Position numbers and translations under genes: made by a program. From an uncultured Bacilli bacterium (GTDB taxonomy: Bacteria > Bacillota_I > Bacilli_A > RF39 > UBA660), in assembly GCA_934154785.1 (NCBI GenBank), contig CAKPGL010000001.1, positions 266,814 through 330,813 of the forward strand: a stretch of 64,000 nucleotides of DNA. The letters run 5' to 3'. The notes below the pieces were generated by a model, which saw only the letters and a list, made by a program, of their open reading frames with translations, was not told the origin of the DNA and did not search any database. Shown here piece after piece: positions 59,409 through 64,000 of the stretch (positions are counted from its first letter, which is position 1; the number at the start of each line of letters is the position of its first letter).

Positions 59409-60113
59409 ATGATGAAAGTTTTAGTTAGTGATTATGATAGGACACTTTATCGCGATGATGAAGAAATAAAATTAAATGTAGAAATTATTAATAAGTTTAT
59501 TAAAAATAATAACATATTTATAATCGCTACTGGTAGATCAGAATTAGATATAAAAACAGTAATAAAAAAATATAATATAAACTATAATTATTTAATAGTT
59601 AATCATGGAGCGTCCATCATAAAAAATGATAAAGTTATTTATAATGCTTCTATAGATAATAATATAAAAAATAATATCTTAGAAATACTAAAAAATTATA
59701 AATATAGTGACTTATTTGTTTGTACCAAAGAAAATAGTAGGGCAAATATAACAGAACCTAATTTAACTAAAATTCATGTTACATTTAATAATAAAAATAT
59801 GACTTCTTTCATAAAAAAATTATTAGAGGATAAATATAGTGAATTTGTTAATATATATTTTGCAAGTCAGGGATCATCATTAGAGATTGTTCCTGCTTCA
59901 GTAGGTAAAGTAATCGCATTAGATTATTTAAGTGAATTAGAAAATTTTGATAAAAATCTTATTTATACTGTTGGTGATGATATTAGTGATAAATGTATGT
60001 TAGAAAAATATAATGGTTACGCTATTGATAGTGCCATTAAAGAAATAAAAGAAACTATACCAAATAAGTGTACGAGCGTATTTGATTTAGTAAATACTTT
60101 AAACAAAGAGTAA
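59409..60113 (+). CDS. HAD-superfamily Cof-type phosphatase
   Basis: MMKVLVSDYDRTLY (DxD motif I). ATGRS. GDDISD motif IV. 234 aa. Confidence 0.65.
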   Translation: MMKVLVSDYDRTLYRDDEEIKLNVEIINKFIKNNNIFIIATGRSELDIKTVIKKYNINYNYLIVNHGASIIKNDKVIYNASIDNNIKNNILEILKNYKYSDLFVCTKENSRANITEPNLTKIHVTFNNKNMTSFIKKLLEDKYSEFVNIYFASQGSSLEIVPASVGKVIALDYLSELENFDKNLIYTVGDDISDKCMLEKYNGYAIDSAIKEIKETIPNKCTSVFDLVNTLNKE

Positions 60114-60295
60114 ATATATTTTGAAGGAATATAAATTATTAAATATTCCTTTTTATTATAAAAATTTTATAAACATTATAAAACAAGTATACTATAAGTA
60201 AATTAAAAAATATAAATTGATAAATATATTAAATATCATTTACTTTTATATTTTTATTTTGATATAATTAAGTTAATTAACAGGGTGGTGGTTTT

Positions 60296-61588
60296 GTGCA
60301 AATAATACTTTTACCAGCAGATACTTATATAGTATCTAATAAAGCTGTTATAACAGAGTATAGTAGAAAAATTATATCTATGTTATATCAACCTATAATA
60401 GGCGCAACCGCTACTAGTTTATACTTTTCTTTTTGGGCAAATTTAGATGCTAATCAAGTTATGTCTGTTATTAGGACACATCATAGTTTAATGACTAGTA
60501 TGGGCTTAAGTATTGATGATATTACTGAAGCTCGTGAAAAATTAGAAGGCATAGGCCTAATTAAAACATATGTAAGTAAAGGTAGTATTAATCAATATAT
60601 ATATGAATTATATGCCCCTTTAAATGCTGATGAATTTTTTATTAATCCAATTTTGAGTACGGCACTTTGTAATTTTATTGGTAAACAAGAATATGATAAA
60701 TTAGTATCTTATTTTATTATTCCTAAATTAAATTTAAAAAATTATCAAGAAGTAACATGTTCATTTCATGATGTATTTAAAATTGTCCCAAGTACACCAT
60801 TAGAACAGATAAATAACATTCGTACTAATTCTAAATTGGGATTAACTTTTGCTCCTACAATTGATTTAAATAATGTATTATCACTTATACCTAGAGAAAT
60901 GTTAGAACATAATAAAATAACTAAGGATATGAAAGATTTTCTTTATAAAATAGCATTCATTTATAATTTAAATGATGAAGTTTTTGTCGGTATAATTAGA
61001 GATTCTATAAATGAAGCTCATTTGATTGATAAAGAATTATTAAAAGATAATTGCCGTAAATATTATTCATTTGAAAATATTGGTAAATTACCAACTATTG
61101 TTTATAAAAATCAACCAGAATTTTTACGTAAAGAGATAACTGACACCTCTAAACGTTCTAAGTTTATTTATACTATGGAAACAACATCACCATTTGACTT
61201 TTTAACAATTAAAAATAATAATATACGTCCTTCTAAAAGTGATTTACAAATATTAGAAATGTTACTTGTAGATTATGATTTACCACCAGGTGTAGTTAAT
61301 GTATTAATAGATTATGTTTTAAAAATAAATAATAATAAACTTATTAAATCTTTTATAGAAAATATTGCTATTCAGTGGAAGCGTAGTAATATAAAAACAG
61401 TTGAACAAGCCATGGAAATTGCGACAAAAGAAAATAGTATTAAAAAAGGTAAGAGTGTTAAAGTAAATGTAAATAATAATGTTATAAAAGAACAAAAACC
61501 AGATTGGTTTGATAAAGATGTTGAAAGTAATGAAGTAACTGATGATGAAGCTAATGCTTTCATGGAAAAATTAAAAAAAGTAAAGTAG
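60296..61588 (+). CDS. dnaB: replication initiation and membrane attachment protein DnaB (Firmicute DnaD-domain primosome protein)
   Basis: GGGTGGTGG RBS then GTG 60296. MLYQPIIGATATSLYFSFW...EKLEGIGLIKTYV closely parallels the B. subtilis DnaB N-terminus (LYQPLIGPVAFSLY...EKLEGIGLLRVYV). Confidence 0.65.
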   Translation: MQIILLPADTYIVSNKAVITEYSRKIISMLYQPIIGATATSLYFSFWANLDANQVMSVIRTHHSLMTSMGLSIDDITEAREKLEGIGLIKTYVSKGSINQYIYELYAPLNADEFFINPILSTALCNFIGKQEYDKLVSYFIIPKLNLKNYQEVTCSFHDVFKIVPSTPLEQINNIRTNSKLGLTFAPTIDLNNVLSLIPREMLEHNKITKDMKDFLYKIAFIYNLNDEVFVGIIRDSINEAHLIDKELLKDNCRKYYSFENIGKLPTIVYKNQPEFLRKEITDTSKRSKFIYTMETTSPFDFLTIKNNNIRPSKSDLQILEMLLVDYDLPPGVVNVLIDYVLKINNNKLIKSFIENIAIQWKRSNIKTVEQAMEIATKENSIKKGKSVKVNVNNNVIKEQKPDWFDKDVESNEVTDDEANAFMEKLKKVK

Positions 61589-61596
61589 GTGACTAA

Positions 61597-62517
61597 GTGA
61601 AAACTACAACAGAAATAATTGGTGATTTAAAGTTAAAACCATCTATTAAAGATAAATTAAAAAAAGATTATGAAGATGCTCTTAAAGATGAAGATTTTAG
61701 TTTATTAGTTAGTAAATTAAAAGTATCTAAAGAAGTACTTATTAATAATACATCTACATTAGAAGAGTGTGCTAAAAATTATAAACGATGTTTACCCTGT
61801 AAAAGTATATTAACATGTCCTTATCAAATGTCTGGATATTGTTATTTACCTAAAGTAATTGATAATAATCTTACTTTTTCTTATATACCTTGTAAATTTA
61901 AAAAGAAATTAATAAAAGAACAGAATTATTTAAATAACATTTATTTATTTGATATACCAAAAGAAATAAAAGAAGCAAGACTAGATAAAATATATATGAA
62001 AGACGCTAATAGATTTGAAGTAATAGAATGGTTACATAAATTTGTTAATAATTATGATACTAATAAAAATCAAAAGGGATTATATTTATATGGTAACTTT
62101 GGTTGTGGAAAAACTTATTTAGTATCAGCAATGTTTAATGAATTAGCTCACAAAAATGTAAAGAGTGCTATAATTTATTGGCCGGAATATTTAAGAGATT
62201 TAAAGAGTTCTTTTGATACTGATTTTAAAGACAAGTTTGAATATATTAAGAAAGTTCCTCTTTTATTAATAGATGATATTGGAGCGGAATCAGTTACAAG
62301 CTGGAGTAGAGATGAAATATTAGGACCAATTTTACAGTATCGTATGCAAGAATCATTACCAACATTTTTTACATCTAATCTTGATATTAAAGCATTAGAA
62401 TTACATTTATCGATGAGTAAAGAGGGAATAGAAAATATTAAAGCCAAAAGGATTATTGAAAGGATAAGTCAATTGTCAGAAATAAAGACAATGATTAGTA
62501 AAAATTTAAGGAAGTAG
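61597..62517 (+). CDS. dnaI: primosomal protein DnaI (helicase loader, AAA+)
   Basis: N-terminal Cys-rich CLPCKSILTCPY zinc module. Walker A GNFGCGKTYL. Walker B LLIDDIG. Follows dnaB as in Bacillus. Confidence 0.8.
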   Translation: MKTTTEIIGDLKLKPSIKDKLKKDYEDALKDEDFSLLVSKLKVSKEVLINNTSTLEECAKNYKRCLPCKSILTCPYQMSGYCYLPKVIDNNLTFSYIPCKFKKKLIKEQNYLNNIYLFDIPKEIKEARLDKIYMKDANRFEVIEWLHKFVNNYDTNKNQKGLYLYGNFGCGKTYLVSAMFNELAHKNVKSAIIYWPEYLRDLKSSFDTDFKDKFEYIKKVPLLLIDDIGAESVTSWSRDEILGPILQYRMQESLPTFFTSNLDIKALELHLSMSKEGIENIKAKRIIERISQLSEIKTMISKNLRK

Positions 62518-62522
62518 TGTAA

Positions 62523-63086
62523 ATGAATAATAAAATATTAAAAATCCATAAGATTGATGAGAGGTACGTTTTATCTGAGAGAAAGTTTTTATATACTTTT
62601 GGATATTTGTGTTTAGAAGATGAATTAATAAAAAATAAAAGTATGTCTAAAAAACAATTATATTATTTTTTAGAACAAAGATTAGAACCTGCTAGTGAAT
62701 ACGAAGTAACACTTGAAAATGTTGTTACAGGTAAAATAATTTTAGTAGGACGTGGTAATAATTTCCGAGCATATTATCGCCCTATAGAAAATATTTATAC
62801 TAAATATAATGAATGTGATAGAGATTATAGTGAGGAAGAGTGTGCAAGTTCTTATGATGAACCAACAAATGAAGAGGATGTTTCACATGGTTCTTTAAAA
62901 AAGTTATCAACTTTAATAGAAGAATATTATAAAAATGAATTTGAAGAAGAAGGTCTTATTTATCTAAAAGAAATTTTAGAACGTGCTAATATAAGTTATC
63001 GTCAAGAGAAAATGCCATTAGTTCATCATGCTAGAAGTAAAATAAAGTGTTATAAGAAAAATTTAAATAGATATATTGACAAATAA
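62523..63086 (+). CDS. hypothetical protein (position of yttA-like gene between dnaI and thrS)
   Basis: 187-aa ORF with no motif recognised. Confidence 0.3.
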   Translation: MNNKILKIHKIDERYVLSERKFLYTFGYLCLEDELIKNKSMSKKQLYYFLEQRLEPASEYEVTLENVVTGKIILVGRGNNFRAYYRPIENIYTKYNECDRDYSEEECASSYDEPTNEEDVSHGSLKKLSTLIEEYYKNEFEEEGLIYLKEILERANISYRQEKMPLVHHARSKIKCYKKNLNRYIDK

Positions 63087-63139
63087 ATTAAACGTGATAA
63101 AATAAAAAACGAAAGCGAAGATTAAGACAAGATTATATA

Positions 63140-63310
63140 AAGAGTTTTTTAGAGAGTTTGTGGTCGGTGAAAACAAATAAATGAATTATATAGTTACTAC
63201 TTAAGAGCAGGACTCGAAAGATGTTCCCGGTAATACCGTTATAAAAATTAAGACCAAAGTAGGATGGTACCGCGCATATTCGCTCCTTATATATTTATAA
63301 GGAGTTTTTT
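63140..63310 (+). promoter_or_regulatory. T-box riboswitch leader with Thr (ACU) specifier
   Basis: AGAGAG (63151-56). Specifier UUACUAC (ACU at 63196-98). T-box AGGAUGGUACCGCG (63261-74). Perfect terminator CTCCTTATA-tat-TTATAAGGAG followed by a T6 run (63284-63310). Confidence 0.8.
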
Positions 63311-63334
63311 ATTTATAAGAAAAGAGGAATGAAA

Positions 63335-64000
63335 ATGGAAAATATTAAAGAAAATGAAAAATTAAATGTTTTAAACCATTCTTGTGCTCATTTACTTGCA
63401 CATGCTGTAAAACATTTATATCCTAATGCTAAATTTTGGGTAGGACCTGTAATAGAAGAAGGATTTTACTATGATATTGATTTAGATGATGAAGTTATTA
63501 AAGAAGAAGATTTACCTAAAATAGAAAAAGAAATGAAAAAAATATCTAAAGATAATAAACTTATTAAACGTATAGAACTTACTAAAGAAGAAGCTTTAGA
63601 TATGTTTAAAGATGATCCTTATAAAATAGATTTAATTAGTAGAATGGATGAAAATGATACAATAATTTCTGCTTATAAACAAGAAGATTTTATTGACTTA
63701 TGTCGTGGACCACATATGGATTCTACTAAACAAATAAAATACTTTAAACTATTAAAAGTAAGTGGTGCTTACTGGAAGAATGATGCTAAAAATAAAATGT
63801 TACAAAGAATATATGGTGTATGCTTTGAAACAGAGGAAGATTTAAATAAATATTTAGAAGAGTTAGAGGATCGTAAAAGTAGAGATCACAGAAAAATAGG
63901 TAAAGACTTAGATATATTTATGACTCACGAATTAGTTGGACAAGGTTTACCTTTATGGCTTCCAAATGGAGCATTTGTTTTTCATGAATTAGAAGAATAT
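63335..64000 (+). CDS. thrS: threonyl-tRNA synthetase, 5' part (runs off the window)
   Basis: AAGAGGA RBS then ATG 63335. MENIKENEKLNVLNHSCAHLLAHAVKHLYPNAKFWVGPVIEEGFYYD is the canonical ThrRS N-terminus. Confidence 0.9.
   Translation, partial: MENIKENEKLNVLNHSCAHLLAHAVKHLYPNAKFWVGPVIEEGFYYDIDLDDEVIKEEDLPKIEKEMKKISKDNKLIKRIELTKEEALDMFKDDPYKIDLISRMDENDTIISAYKQEDFIDLCRGPHMDSTKQIKYFKLLKVSGAYWKNDAKNKMLQRIYGVCFETEEDLNKYLEELEDRKSRDHRKIGKDLDIFMTHELVGQGLPLWLPNGAFVFHELEEY

Overview
This is an AT-rich chromosomal segment (roughly 27-30% GC by eye) from a low-GC Firmicute that uses the standard genetic code. Genes end in TGA, and an ATGA stop/start overlap occurs at 15036. The organism is apparently an endospore former, because spoIVA and yunB are present. 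Most of the window is housekeeping, in this order: dusB 3' end, RDD membrane protein, lysS, ackA, nrnA-like DHH phosphoesterase, a polysaccharide deacetylase lipoprotein, nrdD/nrdG, a very large modular surface protease, hrcA-grpE-dnaK-pepF-dnaJ preceded by CIRCE elements, a small Galf-type polysaccharide locus (glf, wzx, DUF4422 transferase, wzy/EpsG-like), frr, an AI-2E transporter, a T-box-controlled operon ending in alaS, engB, a MecA-like adaptor, der, spoIVA, a metallophosphoesterase, a CPBP protease, an HD-domain dGTPase, a DUF2207 protein, rimP-nusA-ylxR-infB-rbfA, tmRNA, a HAD phosphatase, dnaB-dnaI and a T-box-controlled thrS. Seven things stand out. (1) The glycyl-radical domain of NrdD is encoded as a separate 53-aa ORF with its own RBS between nrdD and nrdG. 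(2) A compact glycyl radical enzyme of the C-x-E eliminase type and its radical-SAM activase sit inside the polysaccharide locus between the flippase and the polymerase. (3) An Ala-type T-box controls an operon of a phage T4 gp1-like dNMP kinase, a second P-loop kinase and a short AlaRS that lacks the C-Ala domain. (4) GrpE carries an N-terminal extension with five CxC pairs. (5) A 1663-aa C1-protease protein with Listeria-Bacteroides repeats and two dockerin-like repeats is translationally coupled to a membrane-anchored Ig/cadherin-like protein. (6) A DUF2207 gene contains a near-perfect 663-bp tandem duplication. (7) A dCMP deaminase occupies the ylxQ position of the nusA-infB operon. No CRISPR array, IS element, integrase or rRNA/tRNA gene was seen.
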